Assembly: GCA_965261595.1 (NCBI GenBank)
Contig: CBDHDG010000007.1
Span: 352,001-416,000, forward strand
DNA: 64,000 nt
Origin: a bacterium
GTDB taxonomy: Bacteria > UBA8248 > JACPRG01 > G963555815
Direction: 5' to 3'
Of this stretch, positions 31,143 to 40,640 are shown one piece after another; the stretch's first letter is position 1, and every line of letters begins with the position of its first letter. The notes below the pieces were generated by a model. The model saw only the letters and a program-made list of their open reading frames with translations, had not been told where the DNA came from and did not search any database. Both the position numbers and the translations under genes were made by a program.

Positions 31143-31748
31143 ATGAAGATCCGGAACAAGGCCGCCTTCCTATTCCTGACAATGATCGCGGAGATTGCGC
31201 TCACCATCAATCCCGCTCTTGCCCATCGCTTGAATGTTGCTCTTGTCATCCCCTTGTCGAAAGCCGCGTCAGTCCAGGGTCGCCAAATCCGCAAGGGCTT
31301 TATGCTGGCGACAACGGAGCGGGACGGCCACCCGGACCAGGGATCCGACGGCCATCTCGGCGGCCTCGATGTCTATGTGGCCGTGATCGATGAGCGGGGG
31401 GATGTGGCCGCCGACATCGGGCGTATCGCGACGCAAGGCGAGGTCGACATCGTGGCCGCCTTTGGATCCGAAAAAACGCTATCCCTGATCAGGAAGCTTC
31501 TCGACGGAAAAAAGGTCGCTCTGCTCCTGCCTGGCCTGTCCCCCTTCTCCAAGTCTGACCTGCCTGCGGTCGCGGCTTTTATTTCCGCCTACGAAAGGGC
31601 ATACGGCAGCAAGCCCTCTTCCCGGGCGGCACAGGGATACAATGCAGCCCGGCGCATCGATGTGGCCGTGCGGGCCCAGGGCGGGGTCGATGACACAGCG
31701 TCGTTGCTTCGGATTTTCAGTGAAACCGCGCGCGGTTTCACCTGGTGA
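31143..31748 (+). CDS. Shortened type-1 periplasmic binding protein-like (possibly internally deleted)
   Basis: Signal peptide; N-terminal PLS...GF.LA...LGG and C-terminal F..AY...YG..PS..AAQGYNAA segments of Liv-type SBPs in only about 200 aa. Confidence 0.6.
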   Translation: MKIRNKAAFLFLTMIAEIALTINPALAHRLNVALVIPLSKAASVQGRQIRKGFMLATTERDGHPDQGSDGHLGGLDVYVAVIDERGDVAADIGRIATQGEVDIVAAFGSEKTLSLIRKLLDGKKVALLLPGLSPFSKSDLPAVAAFISAYERAYGSKPSSRAAQGYNAARRIDVAVRAQGGVDDTASLLRIFSETARGFTW

Positions 31749-31902
31749 AGGACGCATCCCCCCTCACCGCGCATCAATCCGACGTCTCCCAGGTAAGGCG
31801 CTTTCGATTCTTCGCGCCGGGCGCGGCCGGGTGGATCCCCCGGCAAGGCCCCGGCTGGCCGCAAGCCCCCATTTTTCAGTGACGTACGGGCAAAATCCGG
31901 GT

Positions 31903-31976
31903 CTAGATGCCCAGGTAGCGGGACTTGATCTCGTCGTCGGCCCAGAGTTCCTCGGGACTGGAGGAATAGACGATCC
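31903..31976 (-). pseudogene. C-terminal remnant of LivF-type ABC ATPase
   Basis: IVYSSSPEELWADDEIKSRYLGI* cut off by the adjacent TIR element. Confidence 0.6.
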
Positions 31977-32414
31977 CTGAGTTATCCCAAGTTTTTTGAG
32001 CCTCTGAATGGCGGTGAGGCGTGTCGGGATAGAAGGGGGCTGGGCTGTCTTGGATAATGGGCCTTCTCTCAGTTTTGCGAGAGGATGACACAAAACGATG
32101 CCCGCGCTTCGTACAAGGTGATGAAGGCCAGTCCCTCTTTCCGACAGTCATTCCCGCGCAGGCGGGGATCCAAAACCCTTCGGGTCGCCCACAAAAACCC
32201 TCTCACCGGCGGAGGCAGTCCCCCATGGGATACCCTCCTGTTGATGGGCCGGTGGGGATGAGGACGGACACGCCGGTCAGCACGCTGGATTCCCGCCTGC
32301 GCGGGAATGACGAAGAGAGGTCTCTTTGACGCAAACCCGACCTGAGGACGGGCATCCCCACTCATGATAGAGCGCTTCATCTCCTCAGGCGCGGGAAAAC
32401 TGGGGATAACTCAG
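31977..32414. mobile_element. Non-autonomous MITE-like element (438 bp)
   Basis: Terminal inverted repeats CTGAGTTATCCCAAGTTTT / AAAACTGGGGATAACTCAG; flanking 8-bp direct repeat GACGATCC / GACGATTC; no transposase. Confidence 0.7.
32147..32311. repeat. Inverted pair of ATTCCC-N8-GGGAAT type palindromic repeats inside the MITE
   Basis: GTCATTCCCGCGCAGGCGGGGATCCA (32147-32172) and TGGATTCCCGCCTGCGCGGGAATGAC (32286-32311). Confidence 0.8.
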
Positions 32415-32530
32415 GACGATTCGGCTTGAAATGCGTCCGCCTCCTATGATACCTTGGCGCGATTCTCAGGAAAGAACTTCGAATATCCGGACAGTGGCCG
32501 CGTCTGCACGCCTTGCCGATGGGGATCTTC

Positions 32531-33343
32531 ATGACCCGGGAAAATCAGCCCGCGCAAACCTCCGCCAGCGTTGCCGATGTCCCCTGTATCAGCCTGCGAA
32601 ACATAGAGATGGTCTACAAGAGCCGGGGAAAGCCGGATTTTCTGGCCGTTCGGGACGTGTCTGTGGACGTCCGGGACCAGGAGCTGTTCGCCATCGTCGG
32701 CCCGACCGGCTGCGGAAAATCGACCCTCCTTTTGAACATCAGCGGGCTGCTTCAGCCAACGGGCGGAGAGGTGAGAATTCGCGGCGGCAGCGTGGAGGCG
32801 GCCAAGAGCGGCAACCAGTTCGGGTTCATCTTCCAGGACCCGGTGCTCCTGCCCTGGCGGACCGCCATCGATAACGTCCGGCTCCCCTTGGAGGTGACCG
32901 GGGCGTATAACGGAGGGGAGGACGACCGGTGCCGGGCGCTCCTGAAATTCGTCGGCCTGGAAAATTTTTCCCGCCACTATCCCCACGAGCTATCCGGCGG
33001 GATGCGCCAGCGGGTGGCCATCGTGCGCGCCCTCGCCCACGATCCTTCGATCCTGTTGCTCGACGAGCCCTTCTCGGCCCTGGACGAGATCACCAAGCGG
33101 CGGCTCCACGTGGAGTTCCTCGACCTGTGGGCGCACGAAAACAAGACCGGCTTGTTGATTACCCACGACCTCTACGAGGCGGTGTTCATGTGCGACCGCG
33201 TGGCCGTCATGTCCCCCAACCCCGGGCTAATCAAAGAGATCATCGAGGTCACCCTTCCGCGGCCACGGACAAAGGAGCTACGCGACTCCAAAGAATTTCA
33301 TGATTTGACCCGCTACGTTCGCAACGTTTTGGGGGAGTTCTAA
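32531..33343 (+). CDS. NitT/TauT-family ABC transporter ATP-binding protein
   Basis: GPTGCGKST, FQDPVLLPW, LSGGMRQRV, LLDEPFSALD. Confidence 0.92.
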   Translation: MTRENQPAQTSASVADVPCISLRNIEMVYKSRGKPDFLAVRDVSVDVRDQELFAIVGPTGCGKSTLLLNISGLLQPTGGEVRIRGGSVEAAKSGNQFGFIFQDPVLLPWRTAIDNVRLPLEVTGAYNGGEDDRCRALLKFVGLENFSRHYPHELSGGMRQRVAIVRALAHDPSILLLDEPFSALDEITKRRLHVEFLDLWAHENKTGLLITHDLYEAVFMCDRVAVMSPNPGLIKEIIEVTLPRPRTKELRDSKEFHDLTRYVRNVLGEF

Positions 33344-33345
33344 GC

Positions 33346-34143
33346 ATGACGAAAGGTTCTCCTAAAAACGAAAGGCTCCGGGGTTTCTTGGAGAGCTATG
33401 GCCCGGCGCTCATCTTTCTGATCGTGGGCCTGGTGGCTTGGCAGACCGTGACGACGGCGCTAAAGATTCCGGATTGGTTTATCCCTTCGCCCCTCAGAAT
33501 TGCCGAGGCGTTCACGACAACGAAGTTTCTCTGGAGGCACACCTACACGACGCTGATCGAGTCCTTGAGCGGCTTCGGTCTGTCGGTGGTATTCGGGACA
33601 ATGATGGCGGCGGGAATCGCCAACTCCCGGTTCCTCGAACGGGGTGTCTTTCCTTACATCTCGCTGTCAACCTCCATTCCGATCGCGGCGACGGCGCCTC
33701 TGCTCGTCATCTGGATGGGGCACGACATGAAACCGAAGATCGCGCTGGCGATGATCATCACGTTTTTCCCGATTGTCGCCAACACAACCCGGGGCCTGAT
33801 TTCGGCCGACTACCGGATGATCCGGATGATGCGCGCGCTGAATGCCTCCACTTGGACCATCTTTAGAAAGATTCAGATCCCCACGGCGCTTCCGTATATG
33901 TTTGCGGGGTTCAAGGTCTCCACCTCGCTCTGCCTGATCGGTGCGGTCGTGGGCGAGTTCTTCGGCGGCGACGATGGCTTGGGCTACATGTTGGTAATGG
34001 CCGAGTCCGGAATGGAAACACCGGTTGTGTTTGTTGTCATCGGCGTCTTGGCCGCCTGCGGCATTACGATGTTTCAAATTGTCGCTTACCTGGAAAGGAG
34101 GTTCATATTCTGGGCAACACAAGATTTAGGGAATCAAAATTAA
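33346..34143 (+). CDS. NitT/TauT-family ABC transporter permease
   Basis: IPSP, APLLVIWMG, FFPIVANT, PTALPYMFAG, GAVVGEF. Confidence 0.9.
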   Translation: MTKGSPKNERLRGFLESYGPALIFLIVGLVAWQTVTTALKIPDWFIPSPLRIAEAFTTTKFLWRHTYTTLIESLSGFGLSVVFGTMMAAGIANSRFLERGVFPYISLSTSIPIAATAPLLVIWMGHDMKPKIALAMIITFFPIVANTTRGLISADYRMIRMMRALNASTWTIFRKIQIPTALPYMFAGFKVSTSLCLIGAVVGEFFGGDDGLGYMLVMAESGMETPVVFVVIGVLAACGITMFQIVAYLERRFIFWATQDLGNQN

Positions 34144-34237
34144 TTGGTTTCAGTTAACCGTTTAGGGGTTGGCTTTGGTTGCGGGGTCGATCTCAACGAT
34201 GGGCAAACCGAAAACCAAAATACCGGAGGAAACAGAA

Positions 34238-35212
34238 ATGAAAAAGGCGTGGAAATGCATTCGGGCAATCGGACTGCTGCTCCTGGTTACCGGCCTGTTG
34301 GGCGGACAGGCGTTGGCCGCTAAGAAGGTGACATTTATGATGTCCTGGATTCCCGATGCCCGCTGGGCGCCGGAATTAGTGGCCAAGTATAGGGGTTTCT
34401 TCAAGGCCGAAGGACTCGACGTCAGTTTGAAATGGTCGAAAGGGAGCCGTAACGCTGGCAAGGCGGTGGCAACCGGCGCTGCGGAATTTGGAGCGCCAAC
34501 CGCCGGCGTCGTCTTGACGGGCCGAGAGAAGGGCTTGCCTTTGGTCTCAATTCTCTCCTCCTTAAACAAGACCCAGATATCCTTCATCTCACTGAAAAAG
34601 TCAGGGATCAAAACCCCAAAGGATTTCTATGGAAAAAAGGTGGGCGTCCAGCGGGGAAGCGCAACCTGGATTGGATTTTTAGCCCTGACGGGCAAGTACG
34701 GCATCGACATCGACAAGCTGAACAAGATCAATGTGGGGTTCGGCCTTAAGCCACTCCTTTCCGGGATGGTGGATGTTCGGCCCGCGTACATTGCTAATGA
34801 GGTTGTTCTCGCAAAAGTTAAGGGAATTGACCTTAACGTTATCTGGCTCCCGGACCACGGAATCGACCAAGTCGGAAATGGCACTGCGACCAACGAGACA
34901 TTCATGAAGGAAAATCCGAACGTTGTCCGGAGCTTCGTTCAAGCCACCATCAAGGGGTACAAGCACTCCATGAAGGATCCCGCCGACGCCCTCAAGGCGG
35001 TCCTTCAGCATAAGCCCGACCACAATCCCGTTTTCCAGAAGAGAGCCCTGAAGATAATTCAGACCAAGATTTCCGTGGCTTCGAAGGGATATCCCTGGGG
35101 CTGGGCGGTTCAGAAGGAGTGGCAAACAACCCACGACAATCTCGTCAGGTACGGTGTGATTAAGAAGCCCGTGGACGTGAAAAAGGCTTTCACCAATCAG
35201 TTTATAAAGTAG
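34238..35212 (+). CDS. NMT1/THI5-like ABC substrate-binding protein
   Basis: Signal peptide; GFFKAEGLDV, SGIKTPKDFYGKKVG, FTNQF C-terminus. Confidence 0.88.
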   Translation: MKKAWKCIRAIGLLLLVTGLLGGQALAAKKVTFMMSWIPDARWAPELVAKYRGFFKAEGLDVSLKWSKGSRNAGKAVATGAAEFGAPTAGVVLTGREKGLPLVSILSSLNKTQISFISLKKSGIKTPKDFYGKKVGVQRGSATWIGFLALTGKYGIDIDKLNKINVGFGLKPLLSGMVDVRPAYIANEVVLAKVKGIDLNVIWLPDHGIDQVGNGTATNETFMKENPNVVRSFVQATIKGYKHSMKDPADALKAVLQHKPDHNPVFQKRALKIIQTKISVASKGYPWGWAVQKEWQTTHDNLVRYGVIKKPVDVKKAFTNQFIK

Positions 35213-35282
35213 TCGCTCTACAGTTCAGAGGGCGCTATGGAGTGCGATCAGGCTGCGGGCGAGCAGGGCGATCTGTGACGTT

Positions 35283-35351
35283 ATGAAGAAGCGGGTCAAT
35301 GTGGACGACGCCCTGACCAACCGCTTCGTGAAGGCGTATTACAGCAAGTAG
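35283..35351 (+). pseudogene. Orphan C-terminal tail of a second NMT1-like SBP
   Basis: KKRVNVDDALTNRFVKAYYSK* parallels the preceding gene's KKPVDVKKAFTNQFIK*. Confidence 0.5.
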
Positions 35352-35463
35352 GCGAACGGGCAATCGGCCGTCCGGTTCGCTGATTCCGTCCGGCGGTTAA
35401 AGATCACGCATTCCATCCGGAGGCCGGAGGACATCTCCGTCCGGCCCTCGCGGAGATGATCAC

Positions 35464-36486
35464 GTGCGCTTCGGCGTCGGCATCTGGGCGGACAAGCCCA
35501 TCGAGGAGTTGGTGCGGCTGTGCGAGCGCGCCGAGGCGCTCGGCTTCGATGACGTATGGTTCAACGACCACTACTTCGTGAAAGACGTCTACGTCGTTCA
35601 GGCCCTCGCCGCCCTCAAGACGAAGGACATCCGGTTCGGGACCTCGATCACCAGCCCCTACCAGCGCCATCCCGCCCAGCTCGCGTCTACGGTCCGGACG
35701 ATTCACGAGCTGTCGGGCGGGCGGGCGATCCTCGGCCTGGGGTCCGGGGGATTCGAGTATCCCGAGAACCTCGCAACGCCCATCCCGAAACCCCTCACGG
35801 CCTGCCGGGAGACCATCGACATCGTCCGCGGGCTTTGGACTTACAAGCCGGTTTCGGCTGGCGGAGAGGTTTTCCGAATTAAAGACGCCCGCCTCGAGTT
35901 CGGCGAGGCGGCCGACATCCCCATTTACCTGGGCGCGCGGGGACCCCGGATGCACCGTTTGGGTGGCGAGACCTGCGACGGAATCATCATGCACGGCGCG
36001 ACAGAGACCCACTGCCGCTATGTCCGCGACAAGGTCGCCGAAGGCGCGAAGCGCGCGGGGCGGGACCCGGGCAAGGTGGATATCTGCGTCCTGACCGATG
36101 TCGTTCTCACGGACGACTTCGAGGCCACGATGGACCATCTCAGACCCCGGTGCCTGATCATGGCGGGGGGGGAATATTCACTCGAGGTCCTCGAACACTA
36201 CGGCCTCACGCTGGAGGAGGTGGAGCCGCTTCGGCAAGCCGTCCGCGAAGGGGACAAGAAGAAGGCGCTGTCCCTGGTGACGCCGGCGATGGCCAATACC
36301 TTTTGCATCGTCGGAGACGCCTCGGCGTGTCTGGAAAAGGTGCGATCCCTCGAGCGCGCCGGCCTGACGCACTTGATCGCCACCGCCGGACTGCGCCAGA
36401 CGGCCGACTTGACCATGCGGTCCATGGAAACGTACGCCGAGTGCATCGTGGAGCCCTACCGAACCGCGTCGGGAGAGAAGAGGTAA
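35464..36486 (+). CDS. LLM-class flavin/F420-dependent oxidoreductase (Mer-like)
   Basis: AEALGFDDVWFNDH, ITSPYQRHP, ELSGGRAILGLGSG, IPIYLGARGPRM. Confidence 0.88.
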   Translation: MRFGVGIWADKPIEELVRLCERAEALGFDDVWFNDHYFVKDVYVVQALAALKTKDIRFGTSITSPYQRHPAQLASTVRTIHELSGGRAILGLGSGGFEYPENLATPIPKPLTACRETIDIVRGLWTYKPVSAGGEVFRIKDARLEFGEAADIPIYLGARGPRMHRLGGETCDGIIMHGATETHCRYVRDKVAEGAKRAGRDPGKVDICVLTDVVLTDDFEATMDHLRPRCLIMAGGEYSLEVLEHYGLTLEEVEPLRQAVREGDKKKALSLVTPAMANTFCIVGDASACLEKVRSLERAGLTHLIATAGLRQTADLTMRSMETYAECIVEPYRTASGEKR

Positions 36487-36580
36487 AGGGCGGGTGAATC
36501 GGGGGAGGCCTTTTCCGTCATCGAGGAAGGCCCCCCTCCCCCCCCTCCCTATGGGGTCCAATAGCGGGTGAAAATCGCCG

Positions 36581-37459
36581 CTAAATCCGGAGGGCCACCA
36601 GAACGCTTCCCAGGACGATGAGGGCTGACCCGGCAATAACCGGGACCGTCAACCTGTCGAGGCCCCGCAAGAACATCGCGCTTAAAAAGAGCGTAAAGAG
36701 CGGCGTCGTCCCCGTAACGGGCGAGACGACGACCACTTCGCCGGCTTGAAAGGCGAAAAAGAGCGTCGTAAATCCCACACTCACGCCCACGCCCAATGCC
36801 CCGAAATACATCCAGCCTTGCGGGGAGGGCCGCTCCTCGTCCGGAGAACGGGTCCACCGCCAATAGACCAGGACAACAAGCATCGAAACCGCCGTGGCCG
36901 CCCAGGACCCGGCCACGGGATACGGATAGTCCGCCAGACCGAAGCGGACCGACACGTCTCGAAAGGCCGTCAAGACCGTGCCGCCCAGGGGGAATATCAG
37001 ATCCCTGCGGTTCCACAAGGGTTCGTTCCGCGACTTTCTCGAGAGAAAAACACCGCCCAGGACAATGGCCCCGATCCCGGCCAGACTGAACAGCGTGGGG
37101 GATTCCTTCAGCCAGAGGACGGCGGCCAGGGTGGCAATCAATGGCGCGGCGGCGCGAATGCTCGAGGACCGGGAGGCGCCCACCTTGTGGACGCTGAGGA
37201 TCAACAACAGGCGGGAGATGCCGGGGACGAATAACCCGATGAGGCAAAACACCCACAACCGCCCGTCCGCGAGGGCCGCCCGGGGCGTCGTCGACAGCGC
37301 CCAGATCGTCATGATGAAGAGATTGACACCCGTGGCGATGAGCGTCCCCAGTGTGACGTTGCAGTAAACGGTCCCCCGGCGCGCGAGGATATAGCAACTG
37401 GCGAAGCTCAGAGAGGACAGCAGCGTCCAAAAAACCGGGTTCAAGGGTCCACTTTCCAC
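36581..37459 (-). CDS. DMT/EamA family transporter
   Basis: About 10 TM helices in two repeats; GEVVVVSPV...PLFTL. Confidence 0.85.
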   Translation of the reverse strand: MESGPLNPVFWTLLSSLSFASCYILARRGTVYCNVTLGTLIATGVNLFIMTIWALSTTPRAALADGRLWVFCLIGLFVPGISRLLLILSVHKVGASRSSSIRAAAPLIATLAAVLWLKESPTLFSLAGIGAIVLGGVFLSRKSRNEPLWNRRDLIFPLGGTVLTAFRDVSVRFGLADYPYPVAGSWAATAVSMLVVLVYWRWTRSPDEERPSPQGWMYFGALGVGVSVGFTTLFFAFQAGEVVVVSPVTGTTPLFTLFLSAMFLRGLDRLTVPVIAGSALIVLGSVLVALRI

Positions 37460-37798
37460 AAGGGCGGATGTTCCCGCGGGGACCCCGCGCGGCGGCTCCT
37501 CCGGAAGGTCATCATGACTTCCATCGGTGAAGGAACCCGATGAGGGATCAGGTCAGCGGCGACCTAAGCACAACTCCTCGAAATGTGTCAATCAACGGAT
37601 TTTGCTCAAGGAAGCGGGACGCGCGGAATAAAGATCTCCGAATGCGCACGGCGATTCACGGGGCGAAGACTCCCCTTTCCCGAATCGGAGGCAAGACGGC
37701 GGCGAGCGGCCCATTCACTTGACAGCGACGGACCGTCATGTGGTAATTGCGCCTCCGAATTCAAATCGACCCGACGGCAACGAGGAGTTCACATAACG

Positions 37799-39220
37799 AT
37801 GGCAAAAAAACGTGAGGGGCCGGCGAAGATCGACACGCTCATTCACGACGCAGACTATGTCGTCACGATGAACAAGGACCGCGAGATCCTGACCGACGGC
37901 GCGGTGGCGGTCCATCGAGGGAAAATTGTCGAGGTCGGCAAATCCGCCGCCCTCAAGAAGAAGTACACGAATGTGAAGAATAAGATCCGTGCGCGGGACC
38001 GGCTGGTCATGCCCGGGCTGATCAACGCCCACATGCACTCCACCCAGCAGCTCGCCCGTGGCTTGGCCGACTGCGTATTTCTGCCGACCTGGATTCACGA
38101 CCGGCTTTTCCCCTGGGAGAACGCCTTGTCCGAGGAGGAGGTCTACCTGTCCAGCATGGCTTGTTGCATCGAGTTGATCCGGACGGGCTCGACCTGCTTC
38201 GACGATCCCGGCGGCTACAACATGCACCGGGCCGTCCAGGCCGTGACCGAAGCGGGGGTCCGGGCGAACATCAAGCGGTCGGTGACCGACATCCACACCA
38301 CCGGACGGCCCCTGCCGGCCAAAATGAATGAGGGGACGGACGACGGGCTGGCCGCCGGGGAGGATTTCGTCAAGAAATTCAACGGCGCGGCGAACGGGCG
38401 CATCAGCGCATGGTTCTCCTGCCGGACCGAGCGGACGAGCTCGAGCGACCTCCTGGCCAAGACCACGGAGCTCTGCAAAAAGCACGGCGTCGGCTTCGGC
38501 ACGCACATGCTGTCCAACCCGGACTCCGTCAATCGCCACAAAGAAGTCTTCCACGGGAAGAAGGCCGTCGTTCGTTATCATGAGGCGGGCGCCCTCGGCC
38601 CTCACCTCATCACGTATCACACCAACATCATCGACGAAGAAGAGCTGGAGCTCCTCGACGAGTATGAGGTCGGCGTCGTCCACTGCCCGACGGCCAGCTT
38701 CGCGGGGGGGTACGGCGCCATCAGCGAGGGGTTTCACCCGGAGATGTTCCAGCGCGGCATGAAGCACGGCCTGGGCTGCGACACCGCCCCCGAATCCAAC
38801 TTCGTCGACATGTTCCGCGTCATGTTCTCCGTGACCGCCCACCGGGACTACCGCCTGGACGCGACGCTGTTCCCGCCCGAGCACATCCTGGAGATGGCGA
38901 CCCTGGGGGGGGCGCGGGCGATGAACATGGAGAAACAGGTCGGCGCGCTCGAGAAGGGCAAGCGGGCGGACTTGATCATGCTCGATATCACCCGGCCGGA
39001 GTGGATCCCGCACCACAACATCATCTCCAACATCGTCCAGTCCTCAAGCGGGGATACGGTGGACTTCATGATGGTGGACGGCGAGGTTCTTTACGAGGAC
39101 CGGCAGATCAAGACGCTGGACGAGAAGGAGGTCCTGAAAGAGGCCAACAAAGCCGGCCTGGCCGTCGCCAAGCGGACGGGGCTCGACTACTTCGGCCGAT
39201 CCCCGTGGCCGATGCGGTAG
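37799..39220 (+). CDS. Amidohydrolase (MTA/SAH deaminase / AtzA-like family)
   Basis: MPGLINAHMH (HxH), GSTCFDD, VHCPTAS, GLGCD, ATLGGARA, LEKGKRAD. Confidence 0.9.
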   Translation: MAKKREGPAKIDTLIHDADYVVTMNKDREILTDGAVAVHRGKIVEVGKSAALKKKYTNVKNKIRARDRLVMPGLINAHMHSTQQLARGLADCVFLPTWIHDRLFPWENALSEEEVYLSSMACCIELIRTGSTCFDDPGGYNMHRAVQAVTEAGVRANIKRSVTDIHTTGRPLPAKMNEGTDDGLAAGEDFVKKFNGAANGRISAWFSCRTERTSSSDLLAKTTELCKKHGVGFGTHMLSNPDSVNRHKEVFHGKKAVVRYHEAGALGPHLITYHTNIIDEEELELLDEYEVGVVHCPTASFAGGYGAISEGFHPEMFQRGMKHGLGCDTAPESNFVDMFRVMFSVTAHRDYRLDATLFPPEHILEMATLGGARAMNMEKQVGALEKGKRADLIMLDITRPEWIPHHNIISNIVQSSSGDTVDFMMVDGEVLYEDRQIKTLDEKEVLKEANKAGLAVAKRTGLDYFGRSPWPMR

Positions 39221-39312
39221 GGCTCAAGGCGTCCGGGCCGGGCGTCTCCGCGGCCAAGTCGGAGATGTTCATCCCCCCGGCAAAACCTTCTTCCGGCGTT
39301 CAACGGTCCGGT

Positions 39313-40164
39313 TCAGCCGGGAATTCCCAGCCGCTCGCAAGCGAGTTCCGCGATGGCGTCAGAGGCGTCGGCATGGCAGCCCGTGAAGCTCGGCCAGTCG
39401 TTCAGGCCAATGAGAAAAATCTCCCCCTCGGGCGTCACCACGGCGTCCCCCCCGTATATCTCTAGTCCCAACCGGGCCGAAGCGTCCCGGCCGAGCGCCG
39501 CGAGGGCGTCGGCATAGGGCAGGTGGCGGCGCGTGGCCACGCTCCGCCAGAACCAGAAACGCTCGCGCCCGACGCCGCAGAACCGGATTGCCTCGCCCTC
39601 GATATGCTCTTGAAACAGGACCCGGCCGACGCCCCGCTCGGCGAACATCGCCAGGGCCGGCGCCAGCCCTTCGGCGGCGTTCACCTTCAGGATGTCCTCC
39701 GCCTCCCGGGCGTGCAGGTCCTCCCCCTTGGCCCATACGGGCAACCCCCAGCTTTCGCTCGCCTCCTCGGCTTCGGCCGCCGCGCCGACTCCGGCCGCCG
39801 CGCAGGAGAAGAAACGGGGAATTCCGAAACCCTCGAACGGGGCCGCTTCGAGACGGGCAAGCAGGGTCTCCCGCCCGGAGCAGTCCCGCACGGACCGGGT
39901 CGTGTTCATGACGGGAACCCCTTCTTCCTCCCACCGGGCCAGGCGGGCAAGGGCCTCCTCCCCCCGGGCCATGCTGAGGACCATGGCGGGCGGCGTCCCC
40001 TCCCCCTCCTTCCACACGTCCGGGTCTTCCCCCGGCACCTGTCGGGTCCCCACGCCCCGGGCCGCCAGCCAATCGAACGTCAGGCGCAGGATGGCGGAAT
40101 CCTTTTCCCCCGGCGTGAAGGCGGGCTCCCGGGTGATTCCCAAAATGGTCCGGTCCACGTCCAC
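39313..40164 (-). CDS. ATP-grasp fold protein
   Basis: PVWAKG, LFQEHIEG, LEIYGGDAVV...LNDWPSF; start codon uncertain. Confidence 0.65.
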   Translation of the reverse strand: MDVDRTILGITREPAFTPGEKDSAILRLTFDWLAARGVGTRQVPGEDPDVWKEGEGTPPAMVLSMARGEEALARLARWEEEGVPVMNTTRSVRDCSGRETLLARLEAAPFEGFGIPRFFSCAAAGVGAAAEAEEASESWGLPVWAKGEDLHAREAEDILKVNAAEGLAPALAMFAERGVGRVLFQEHIEGEAIRFCGVGRERFWFWRSVATRRHLPYADALAALGRDASARLGLEIYGGDAVVTPEGEIFLIGLNDWPSFTGCHADASDAIAELACERLGIPG

Positions 40165-40200
40165 TGAGAAAATCCAGACGGAATGTTGAAATGGAGCAAA

Positions 40201-40534
40201 AACCGCGGGGGGCGCTTTTTGAAAGGCGCCCCCCCGCACCCCTCCCAGGGGTTGGGAACCCCCCCGTAAAACTTTCATTTCGCGATAGTGTGCAGCCCTG
40301 ATGGGCCGCACACTATCGCAGAAGCGAATGAGCGGATCTTCTCATCCACCCCCATTGTAGGGGCGAGTCGCTGACTCGCCCACTTATTGCCCAATACCAT
40401 ACGGGGTGCCACTGGCAGCTTGTCTGCCAGTGCCGCGTTTAGAATCCGTAGGGGCCGGGTCCCCGTCCCCACCCGAATCATCGTTGGTAGGGCGGGCATC
40501 CTGCCCGCCCGCCGGACAAGATGCCCGGCCTGCC
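40201..40534. repeat. Composite palindromic repeat cluster (left of FGE gene)
   Basis: GGGGGCGC-TTTTTGAAAG-GCGCCCCC unit ending AAAACTTT; hairpin 40282-40319; several GTAGGG-headed palindromes 40357-40534. Confidence 0.75.
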
Positions 40535-40640
40535 GAGGTGTGGCACGGTGGCAAACCGGCCCAACCGGGGGGCAAAGCCCTTGAGTCAGTGACCCCCTGG
40601 ACCCCTCAAAGCGTAAAAGGGTAAAAGTGATCAAGGGTTA

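Noticed and set aside
40357..40534. CRISPR array
   Set aside because: The units are degenerate palindromes of varying sequence and spacing, with no constant repeat-spacer period and no cas genes
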